DNA of 64,000 bases from the human T2T-CHM13v2.0 reference genome, Homo sapiens, in NCBI RefSeq assembly GCF_009914755.1, contig NC_060938.1; one strand, 5' to 3'. A program made the position numbers and the translations under genes. The first letter of the stretch is position 1; the number at the start of each line of letters is the position of its first letter. Positions 43,861 through 55,029 of this stretch are shown piece after piece. Below the pieces are notes generated by a model, which made no database searches, had not been told where the DNA came from, and saw only the letters and a list, made by a program, of their open reading frames with translations.

Positions 43861-45094
43861 TTCAAAAATAGGAACTTTGTTCATCTTGAAAGTGTTTGGT
43901 GAGGAGATTTTTAGCCCTTCTCTCTATCTCATTTGTTCTCAACCAGAAGAGGTTTAGCCTTCCTCCGCTGTGTGGGGCCTTCCCCTTACCCTCTCTGATG
44001 CTCCTTTGGAGCTTCATGTCACTCCTTTCCTTCATCCAGTAGGAGGCTCTGCTGGGGACCAGATGAAAAATTTATTTCAGGAGGAGGCGTAAAAAACCTA
44101 TTTTACCACAAGTCCAGGCTGTGCTTTCCAACTCAGTTTACCAGAAATAAAGCAACAATGTAGGTTTCAATCTGTCTGGATTGGCTCAGAACTCAGAGGG
44201 ACATGAGTGAGATTAATTGGTACTCTGAAACTCCCATAGATATTCTAAATTATTTATTGAGTTACAGCTCTTAAACTAAAAATAATCCACCTACCATCAC
44301 TGAAAGGCTACAACAGGCAAGCGTTCATTATGGAGTGACATGTCCCTCACCTAGGAAGACTGAACATGTCAGCATGAGCAAATGTTGTCCTTCAGGCATG
44401 GAAATCTCAGTAATAAAATTCTGGCTGTACTGCAGAAGAGTAAGAGACTCTACCTTGTGCTGTCTTTGGTCCGATACCGTGTTATTGGAGAAGAGCAAAT
44501 GGTGCACACCATGATCATAGGCATGATGATTCATCATCTTCTCTTGGTTTAGAAACATATTCTAAAATCCCTGGGAGTCTGGTTGCTTTTGTGTTTGACT
44601 GTTTGTCTTTCTTCTTTACCCACAGACTTTGTACCCCTCAACACTTCCTCTTCTCCCAATAATAGTTACTCATCAATTGGAAATAGACCAGATTATATTT
44701 GCTAAAGCTGCAACAAGGCTACACACATACCATTTTAGCAGTGTATCCTTTTAAGTGTGTGCTGATCATGACTGGTACCTACTGCTGGCCCCTTCCTCCC
44801 TTTGGCCATTGACTTGGTGGCACTCCTTCCAAACAATCTCTTTCTGGAGTAACATGGAAGTTTATGATGGTTTCTTTGGTTCAGCTAAAGGAAGTTTTAA
44901 TGCTGGGCCCTGAATCCCAGCCCCTTTGCCCCTTTTTTCAGGAGTTCCTTAGGACCAAAGGGATGTCCCTCCTTTCTTGGGGAAAGTGTGGATGTTTCAT
45001 GAGATTGACACTGTATTTCCAGCAAAACATAATAACCTTTTCCCCTCTTTTTCTTTCTAGGTCTTTGGAAATCAAAAACGGAAGCAAGTCAAGA

Positions 45095-45160
45095 CAAAAC
45101 AACAACAACAACAACAACAACAACAAAAAACAAAACAACAAAACACACACACACACACAA
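45095..45160. repeat. (AAC)n followed by (CA)n
   Basis: aacaacaacaacaacaacaacaacaac...cacacacacacacaca. Confidence 0.9.
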
Positions 45161-45269
45161 AACACCCTAATATTTACTCTGTGTCTCTCCTGTGCCAAGT
45201 CAGGGTGGCATGATGCAGCCTCTACGTGTCTCTTTAGCTTCTTTTTGTACCACATTCACTCTTGTTCCC

Positions 45270-45642
45270 TGCATCCAAAGCACACTGTGTTGCTTTAAGT
45301 TCCCTGAATGTGCTGTTTTCTAATGAGCTTTTGCATGTGCTGTCCCTGCTTAAAAAAATGCTTTCCTTCCCCTTCCTCAGTACCTCCGTCTTATCCTCCA
45401 GATCTTTGCTCACTCATCACCTCCTGAAGGAAGGCTTCCTTGACTTCTTTGACCAGGTCATTACCTCTATCATGGCTTCTCTTGGCACCACATGGCTTTC
45501 AATCACAGTTGTAATTTTATATTTATTTTTGTGATTGTTTTAATTTCTCTCTAACTATATTGTATGCTTCATGACAGCAGGGACCACGTATGCTTTTTCT
45601 CATCATGGCATATTGTAAGCTATGTGTTGAATTAATGAATGG
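45270..45642 (+). mobile_element. L2 3' fragment
   Basis: ttgcatgtgctgtccctgct...gacagcagggaccac...tgttgaattaatgaat. Confidence 0.6.
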
Positions 45643-45771
45643 CTTTTGTTAATTCCCACAAAGTCCTGTGCTATAGATATTTTAAACTCTGTTTTCTAAG
45701 ATAAAGAAGCACTATTTGCTGGGCTAAATGATTTGTCCAAGTCGCAGTAAGTGATAGAGCTTGAGACCATA

Positions 45772-46690
45772 CCTATTCATGCATTCGTCCAATATTCATT
45801 GAGTGCTCACTGCATGCTTTGTTCTGTGCCAGACACTGGAATAAAACAAGTCATAGTTCTTTCAGGGCCTCTTAGTCTATTTGAGTGAGGGAAGTTTGTA
45901 AACAAATAAGTCAAGTAAAATATTACACAAGTGAAGATGTTTGTGCAGCATACAGCAGGCACACGGAGGAGAGGGTGGGCAGTTGCACTGAAAGGCAATG
46001 AATCCTAAAATACAAGCAAGTGCTTACCAAATAGACCAGTAATAAGGGAATTAGGGTGGAAGAAACCCCTGGGAGCAAAGGGATGGAAGAACATGAGAGT
46101 GAGGCCCCTGAGATCAAGCAAACAGACTGTAGGTGCAGGAACACAGGTTATGAGGCTGGAGAGGGAGAACAGGGTCAGGTTGGGGAGGACCTCATCTGCA
46201 ATATAAGAACTTCGGATATCATGCTATAGCAATGGGGAGTCACCGAAGGGCTTTAATCAAGGGAGATCTGACCTGATTTCAGAAAAGTCACTCTGGAAGT
46301 GTGGTAGACAAGGAGCAGGGGAGTCTGGAAACTGGAAGATCAGAATAGGAGAGTACACAGCAGTGGTCCAGGGGAGCAGTAATAAGGACCAGGACCAGGG
46401 AAACAGTAATAAGGGCCCTTGCAGTGGGGATGGAGAGGAATAGATACAGGAGTTGTTCAAGAAAAAGAAACCAATAGGATCTGATACAGATTGAGTGTGA
46501 AAGCTGAGAGTGAGGGAGGAGTCTGGGGTAATCCCAGAGTTTAGGGCAAGGCCAATTGGGTGGATGGTAGTATAACTTTCTGTCATACGAAGGGGAGAAA
46601 GAGGTTTGAGAAGGTAGAAAATAAATTCTATTAATATTTAAGATCCCTTAAACTGCCTGGGAAACATACTCTAAATATGCTCACTGGGAT
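45772..46690 (-). mobile_element. L2 fragment
   Basis: attcatgcattc...attcattgagtgctcact...tgccagacactg...aatggggagtcaccgaagggctttaa...gaggagtctggggtaatcccagagttt. Confidence 0.75.
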
Positions 46691-47354
46691 AGAGAAATGA
46701 AAGTGAGAAACCTCAGTGTGATGTTGGCAGGTGGACCATGACCACACACAGGTAATGGGGAGATCCTGCAGAGGGGGAAGGCAGAATTCCAATGAACCAA
46801 ATCTCCATTTCAGGTGTTGACCGAGGCGCAGGAGCCAGCAAAGGGGACAAGAGTCCCAACATTCTTATTCCAAGCAGTAGACAATGGAAAACGATTCCTA
46901 GCACGTGAGGAAAATCATACTCTCCTCCTGATACATTATATCCCTTTTCTGGGCATTTTCACGGCGTTTTGAAACACTTTCACCAGGCTGCTTAGTGATT
47001 CTGAGAATTTGCCTGACCCTCTTTTAGAGAACTTACTGCTTCCCTGGTCCTGGCCCAGCTCTCTGCATACACACTTAAATTGTCTATATGTTGCTTAGTT
47101 TTGAAATTATTGCTCATAACCTCATGGCTTTTCTTCCTCCCCCCACTTCCACCCTGCAGTCTCAGAGGAGACCATTAAGGCACAGGTATTAAATGATTTA
47201 GCAAGGATTATGTCACTAGTCAATAGCAGGGCAGGAAATTAAGCCCAGAATCATCGAGTTTCCCTTGCTACACTAAAGTTCTACCAGGACTTGAAAGAAA
47301 AATCATAGATCACTCAACACTAATTGGTATTTCCTGCACATTCTGGCCTTGATC

Positions 47355-47600
47355 CCTCATTTACCACTGTGCCAGGCACTGAGTAAGTGCTGAGGATAAA
47401 GGGTGAAAAGCCATGGTCCTTTTCCTAAGGAAACTCCCAGGCTAGTGGGAAGCTGAACTGGTGGAAAGTTAGAGGTCACTGTGATTTGTGCTGTAAAAGA
47501 CATATTTTCGGTGCCACAAAGGGTAGAGAGGAGGTACTGAATTCCATCCTGAGGTTTATGGAGGGTTCTCAGGAAATACAATGCTTATACTGAAACCTAA
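47355..47600 (-). mobile_element. L2 fragment
   Basis: ctgtgccaggcactgagtaagtgctgaggata...ctgaaacct. Confidence 0.55.
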
Positions 47601-48334
47601 CCTTCCTAGTGTGTAAACATAGACATAAAAGCAAAGAAATTCAAATTAGTAAATGAGGGTATATGTCAAATATTAACAAAACTTAATATCATCTTGGATT
47701 TATATCCAATTGTCATGAAATTGAGAGGATGCTAGGGAAAAGAAAACCATTTAACAGAAGAAAGCATTACCTAATGGTGCCAACCATTCCGGAGGAAGTC
47801 AAAGCTGGTGGTTATCAAACTCAAGAAAAAATATGGAGCATAATCATTTTAAGTGAACTAAGAAGCTACAGAAAGCAAGAGCCAAGGTCTAGGGCAAATC
47901 TCAGATGTCACAGACTATTTTTGTTTTGTTTTGTTTTTCTTTTTTTTCCAATATAAGGCAACTTCATTTCTATTTGTTTCTTCTCATTGCTTCTCACAAA
48001 TAAAGGACTGAGGAGGCTGTGGATTGCCACAACATAAGTTCATTTTGGTAGTAGTGAATCCAATTGTATCATAGAGAGCAAGGAAATATAGGAAGGTGCA
48101 GCAATATCATTAGTTCCACAAATATTTATTCACTGCATCTGCACCTTGTAACAGCAATGGATATGATCTTAGAAGTGGAGACGCCTGTCTGGGAAAGAGA
48201 GGAAGCCCCCCAAATTCTGATTCCATCTCCCCTCTCCCTACAGTACTATCACTGGATGCCACTCCAGGGCATGGCACCTGCATAGAAGGCATGTTTATCA
48301 GTATGTAATAACATGTAATAATTATATCATAATC

Positions 48335-48510
48335 ATAAAGAGTCCTTTTACTTCCACCATCTTGTTTAGTACCCCAACAACCATGTGGAACTGGTGTCTT
48401 ATCCCTGTTTTGCAGATAAGGAAATGGAAGTGTCTGGACCAAAAGTGGGCCTAGGATCCAAACCCAAGTCTCCCTGATGCCAGAGCCCATGCTCCCCATC
48501 ACTCGGCCAG
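48335..48510 (-). mobile_element. MIR
   Basis: tatccctgttttgcagataaggaaatggaag...ctaggatccaaacccaagtctcc. Confidence 0.7.
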
Positions 48511-48644
48511 CTCCCTTCTGCTTGTTCACTGAACAAAAAACAGAGCAACACCTCTTGGGCCATTTTCTTTGTTTTAAAATAACTTTATTGTAGAATTTAA
48601 TACTGTTATAGAAACAAAAATCTCCAAAGTGTCAGTCATTGACT

Positions 48645-48756
48645 GTTTATGTTCCACTTAGTGTTCTGTTCCAATTGTTCTTGCTGAATATGCATATATG
48701 AATGTGAATCTGTTCAGCAACAACAATTGGAACAGAACAGTAAGTGGAACATAAAC
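48645..48756. repeat. Long inverted repeat (46-bp arms, 20-nt spacer)
   Basis: 48645-48690 is the reverse complement of 48711-48756 at 43/46 positions. Confidence 0.95.
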
Positions 48757-49196
48757 TTAAAATATGGTTTGCCTAGCTCTAATTGGGATATAATTCTCAG
48801 TGTCTGCTATTTCTACTCAATGTTACTCCAAAACCCAGCCCCATGTTCTGGCATGGTTCACACCACTTGTCATTTTAATGGCCATAAATATTCCATTCTG
48901 GCCAATACTTTTTCCTTCCAAGTAATCATGAATAGTTTCCATGTACCCTTCTTCCCATATTTCCATTATTATTTGCCATTGAGATGTTTACAAATGATAA
49001 GAAATCCTAAAGTAACTACAACTTAAAATTTACTTTTCTTGTATATTGAATTCCCTGGGTATTTGATTTGATTAAAATTACAAAATTGCAAAAATATTAA
49101 AGTGAATAAGTTAGATAAGAATTACTTCAAAAATATATTACAGACAGCTTTTGAAATATTTCTGGAACAAAAGATAAACATTTCATGAAGATATGA

Positions 49197-49554
49197 TCCT
49201 GTGACCTGTATGTTTGTGTGTCCCCAATGGTCATATGTTGAAATCCTAATTCCCAAGCGATGGTATGAGGAGGTAGGGCCTTTGGGAGGTGATGAGATCA
49301 TGATAAAGGCAGCTTCACGAATGGGATTAGTGCCCTTTTAAAGAGACCACTGAGAGCTAGCTAGTCCCTTCCACAATGTGAGGATGCAGTGAAAAGGCAC
49401 TGTCTATGAATCAGGAAATGGGTCCTCACCAGACACCAAATCTGCCTTGATCTTGACCTTCCCAGCCTCTGGATCTGCAAGAAATAAGTTTCTGTTGTTT
49501 ATAAGCTATCTAGTTTATGGTATTTTGTTACAGAAGCCCAAACAGATTAAGACA
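49197..49554 (+). mobile_element. MLT1A-family solo LTR
   Basis: tgtttgtgtgtcccc...catatgttgaaatcctaa...aacagattaagaca; TSD tatga/tagga. Confidence 0.85.
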
Positions 49555-50269
49555 TAGGATAGAAGAGTACATAGACTCACAGAAAAGTGGGTCATGAAGG
49601 CATTGTTACTGGAAGATAGTCAACCAGCAACACTATCTAACAAAATCTGTTGGAGAAGGAGAAAATAGATTCACTTTTTAATCCTTGGTTTTGAACTTTT
49701 CTTTTACAGTGAAAAGTACCTGGGAGCAGAATTAAAGTTGAAAAGTTTAAATAACTTTCTGCCAATTTAGATAGTGCACTTTTCCCCTGGGTTGACAACG
49801 CCTGAAACATTTTAAAGCACCAATAAAACTTCACTGCACACAGCTGCAAGAATGGAAAGAAGTTAAGTCAGCTTTTTATCCCAAGTCTCTTACCTAATTA
49901 ATTATTAAGAGCCAATAAAGAGCCAAAATGTAACTAAATGGATAGGGTAGAACAATGCTTGATAATGATTTTCTAAGAGGCTATAATGTTTTGTTTTTAT
50001 AATCTAGGACCTGATTTATAGCTGCCCTATTGCTGCAAGAAAAGTAATGTACTTCACCAACATTTTTTTCAGGTAGCTGCTATATAATGTTACTGAATAG
50101 CAGCAGTTACGTGTTGGTGCAGTTTCTCTCTCTCTCTTTTTGAGAATGATTATTTAAAGTGCTACAGGAGGGCATTCAAGATGATTAGAGAAAAAGTCTA
50201 CCATGCAGTCTATGTTGAGTGATCATTCTGTGGAGGCTGCAGGGGCCCTGACTATGTTGACTCCCCACG

Positions 50270-50450
50270 CTGTGCTAATAAGCACTTTGCACATTTTGCA
50301 GATATCATCCCATTTACTCCCCACAACCACCTCAGAAGGAAAGCTCAATCAATCTGATTTTACAGATGAAGAAAGCAAGACAGAAAAAAGGTTAGGAAAG
50401 CTGTCCAAGAACACTCAGTTAGTGGCTAAGTTTCTAATCAAATCTATATG
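50270..50450 (-). mobile_element. MIR
   Basis: gattttacagatgaagaaagcaagacag...tccaagaacactcagttagt. Confidence 0.65.
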
Positions 50451-51448
50451 TTGATCCCTATGTTGTGCTACACCCCTCTATGCCTATGTATATGGGTTTT
50501 TGGTTAGTTCATCACAAGTATCTCCCAGTTTCCACTGTATGTGCAATAAAATGGACAAGAATATAAACACCAAAATTTTGGGTGGGGTGGGGCGTAGAGA
50601 GGGAAGCAAGAAAGGTGCCCTGGTGGGGTTATACCTTATGAGAAAAGCAGTTGGAGTGGGGTTTGGATTACATTCATTCCTCAAGAGGCTGGGTGCTTAG
50701 GGAATAATATGTCAGCTGAATTTTGGAAGGGATGGAAGACAAAATAGCTGGGAAAGTGGAAACATGGGAGACAGAAAGAGTAGGTGAGGTCAAAATTGTG
50801 TGACATGGGATTTGATTCCTCCACCACAGGCCCTCTGATTTTCAGCAAAGAGATTAAATTCACAAAGTGCTCTGGATGTTGGTATTCCTTGTCGAGAGCA
50901 GTGATGAGCGGCCTCTGGACTCAGAAATCAAAGATGCAATGGAAATAGTGAGAGCAAGCCTTCTGCTTTTCCCTAGAATAAGGGAGAAGGGAGTGGGGCC
51001 AGTGTTACCTGAATAGCACAGGGGTATCAGACACTGAGGGTTCCTTTCTTTGAGGATAACCCAAGGTAAAACAAAAACAATGAAGGGATGTTTTTCTCAA
51101 CAGCTAGCAAAATGCACTATAGACCTGTATGAATTAAAAGTGTAGTATAAACAAAAAAAATTGGTAATAGAATTTTATAACCTTATAATTTTCCAATCTG
51201 GGGGCAAAAAAAAAAAAAAAAGGTAACTGGTGGTTTAAATGCACATATTTCTGATTTCCAGACAGGGGCTTGGATCCTTAGAAACACTTATTGGCTGTTT
51301 GTTATTTCTTCCTCTGCAGATTGACTCTTCATATCCTTTGCAAAGTTTCTATTAGGTCATTTGTCTTTTTTTATATTACTGTCTTGGAACTCATTATATA
51401 TTTTTATTGTTAATCTTGTCTTTATGTTTTAAAAATCTTTCTATCACT

Positions 51449-51757
<309 letters not shown>

Positions 51758-53519
51758 CTATCATTTTTTCAACTTTAATTATTGCATCTATGGCTGTATG
51801 AAAGTTTTAGTTTGTATGTGGTCAAATCTACAGATTTTTGCTCTTTGTCTTTTGGGTTTGGGTACTGTAGGGAGATATTACTTTAATACTGTTGGAAAAT
51901 ACTTTGTCAATATGTTTTGGTATAGCCTTTTGGGAGGGAAATTCAGCAGTATTTCTTTTTCAGACTGAACATTCATTTTGTGAAATATGTTTTCTCTCTT
52001 TATTTGAATACTTTTGTAAAAGAAAACTATTTGCCATGTGCAAATTCATATTTTATGTTGTAGTTAAGTATAATAACTCTTGGTAGCTGAGGAGTATGTA
52101 ATTAACGACACTTTTGCTTCTGTAATTACCAGGGCTTCTATTATAGGGAAGACAGGATGAAAAATAGGAGTGGAAGCAGGTAAACTTTTTGAACTTGTCA
52201 AGCTATGTAGTTTCACTTTTTGAATTGATACATTTTAATAACATAAAGGCTTCCTGAGCTTCTTGATAGCTTTGTATCTATCTAAATTGATCTGTTTGTC
52301 ATATTTTATTTCCAATTTAACTTGTTTTTATAGATCCTACAACACTGTAGAGATGATACAGAGCTTACCTCACTGGATAAATCCCACAGTAGTTGCTTCA
52401 AATGGAGAGAGGTCTCTGTCTTACAACTGTAAATATCCTGGCTTGTGTTCCAAAAGGCTGGGTTTCAACTACTCCTAATGCTGCAGGTATCACCTTGGAC
52501 ACCTTTTCCATTCCCAAAATACTGTGTCTTCCAATCATTTATGTTAATCTAATTCATGAAACTCATCAGTGCTCAAGCTGTTTCATCTGAATTCTTCCTG
52601 CGTCATTGATTTTTAATTTTCTATTTTTTAAAAAGTCACATTTTGCATTATATGAGTTAATTTGAGTGCCTCATAATGTAAATACATTACTAAAACTCAT
52701 AAGAAAAATTACAACAAAAATAAAACTTCCCAGATCTGAATGCCAAGGTAAATTTTGTCATCTGGTACTTTGTCTCTACCTAAATACATTTGTTTCTTTC
52801 CCATCTGTTTGGAAACTTATTTAAGCAAATTAACATTTCTCCCAGAATTAATCTGGCTTGCATATCAAATGGCAAATAGTTTTGCTTGAAGAAATCATAC
52901 TTTATTATTTAGTATCCACCACACCCTCTATGCCATAACTATTGTTATTTGCATTAAACAGATTTTTAAAACTGCCACTGAAAAAGGTAAAACAACTTGC
53001 TTAAAGTCATATGGTTCTTAAGCAATGGAGCTGGAATTATATTTCCCCAGAGGCTGAGTGAATGAGCTTGCCTCACTCCACACCCCTGCCCTTTCCACCC
53101 TTCCATTCACCCATGAAGATTAATATGGTGTTATTATTTGACTCTGACTCCAGGATTAGAGTCCTCACTGTTCTCTCTTGAGAGAGTTTATCTCAGGAAG
53201 GCTTTAAAGGTTGAAACCCCAACAGTCACAAGACAATGGAGCCATCCATAAAAGCAGTTCCTTCTTCTTTCCAAGTCTCTGTGCTTTCTCATTTTGGCCA
53301 CAAGGCACATAAATTCTCTCCTCCAATCAGAAAACAGGAGGGTATAGAAAGAAGCCACTTAGAGGTAGAAGAGCCCAACAATAGCTCATAGAAGTCAATG
53401 TCCCAGTGAGGACCACAGGCAGCATAGAGTAGAAGGAGGGACAAGCACCTTGCTAGACATTACTAAACCACCAAGGTGGTCCAGCTGCAAACCTACCTCA
53501 AACAGAAGTCCATGGAAAC

Positions 53520-53825
53520 AGCAGAGGTTTTGCAGTCAGATAGGCCTAGGTTTGAATTCATGTGCCACTATTTACTATTACGTGAGTTTGGGGGCAACTT
53601 TTAGAGCCTTAATTCACCTGTAAAATGGAGTGACTGGAACCACTACACAGCACCCAGTAAGTGGCAGTGACTATTAGTATTACGAGTAGTAGCAGAAGTG
53701 CAGGCCTGAGCTCCTCTACCTTTCTTTTATGTGAAGAAATAAATTATACTGAATATAAAGTACCTGCAACAATGCATGGCTCATGGACACCCAGTACATA
53801 TTAGTATTATTATTGCTACTAGTAA
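53520..53825 (+). mobile_element. MIR carrying an internal foreign segment
   Basis: gtcagataggcctaggtttgaattc...ctgtaaaatgg, insert, then gtgaagaaataaat...aatgcatggc. Confidence 0.55.
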
Positions 53826-54574
53826 TGGAGAAGATTACAATTGGTCTTGGTAAGACCCTTTTCAGATTTTTCATTTTGACAAAGGGCAGAAAGAGTTTTG
53901 AGAAAGAGTAAAAAGTATAGGATAAAGAGGGAGGATGGGGAAGAAGGAAAAAGACAAAGAGGCAAAAATATATAACCTATAGAAAAGTTACCATTAATTT
54001 CTGTTCAAAGAATCTGATGAATACGCAGGCTAACATGTCATCATTGGCATAAACTTCTGGCCAATGATTTCACCTTTGCTGTCTGAGCAACATACCATTG
54101 TGAGAGAAAAAATATTGGCTTGCCTGGGACTGTGTTTAGCTGTAAGAGTCACTATGTCAGAACTTAGTAACCGAACTGCAGCAGAATGAGTAATACCAAA
54201 AATACACCTTTGAAGTACCAAAAGTAGTCCTAATGATTATAAAATTAAGCAATCAGAAATTATTTGAGAAAAGCAATCAAGAGACAGAAAAGTACTTAAG
54301 GAATTCTGCTATACAGGTATTACTGAAGAGAAATAAACATTAAGTTCAGATGGTCTTCAGCTTATAAAACAGGAGCTTCATTTTCCAAAGTCTATTTTGA
54401 GTCACTATTTTGAACCTGAAACACATCTCCCCATCAAGAAAATAATGTTATAAATGATGATTTGCACTGGCCCAGGAAGCCCTCTGTGACTCACTGTGGA
54501 GCTGAGCCCCCCTAGGGGAGCTATGGAGGTGGTGTAACAGCTGTCAAAAGCCCTCCTGCTGCGGTGGGGGCTCA

Positions 54575-54795
54575 CTAGGGCTTGAATCCTTGACCTGCTT
54601 CTTACTAGATGTAGAGTCCTGGGCAAGCAACCACATCTCTATAATCTTCAGTCTACTCTTTTGTCAAATGGCTGTGAAAATAGTACCAGTCTCATAGGTC
54701 CATGTGAGGAATAACTGAGACCAGAGATATGAAGTGCTTCACACAGTGTTCTCTCCTCCCCCTTGGTCAGCACTTGGTCAGCGTTTATTAGATGG
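54575..54795 (+). mobile_element. MIR
   Basis: gggcttgaatcct...ctgggcaag...tagtaccagtctcatagg...gtgaggaataactgaga. Confidence 0.65.
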
Positions 54796-55029
54796 CAGTG
54801 ATGCTAGTATTAGCAGCAGAAGTGCAGGCCTGATCTCTGTCTTTCTTCTATGCAGCTTTTACTTGCCAGTGTGAAGTCAGAACTAAAGAAATGGCCATGA
54901 ATGTGATAAAATTGTGTTTACCTCATAGGGAGAAAATGGTGGGGACCTTGTGCCAAAAGTGGGCAGAATTACAATGCTGGGAGGTGGGGAAGAGGCTGGT
55001 GGCAGGGCTGTTGTGTCTGGGGTCTCATG

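Noticed and set aside
44328-44558. Minus-strand ORF MFLNQEKMMNHHAYDH... as an alternative RTN1 first exon
   Set aside because: The only nearby donor (AAG|GTAGAG) is weak and phase 0, incompatible with the phase-1 exon-2 acceptor; no promoter features or recognisable homology.
50580-50603. G-quadruplex-like gggtggggtggggcgtagagaggg
   Set aside because: Isolated, long third loop, on the template strand; no supporting context.
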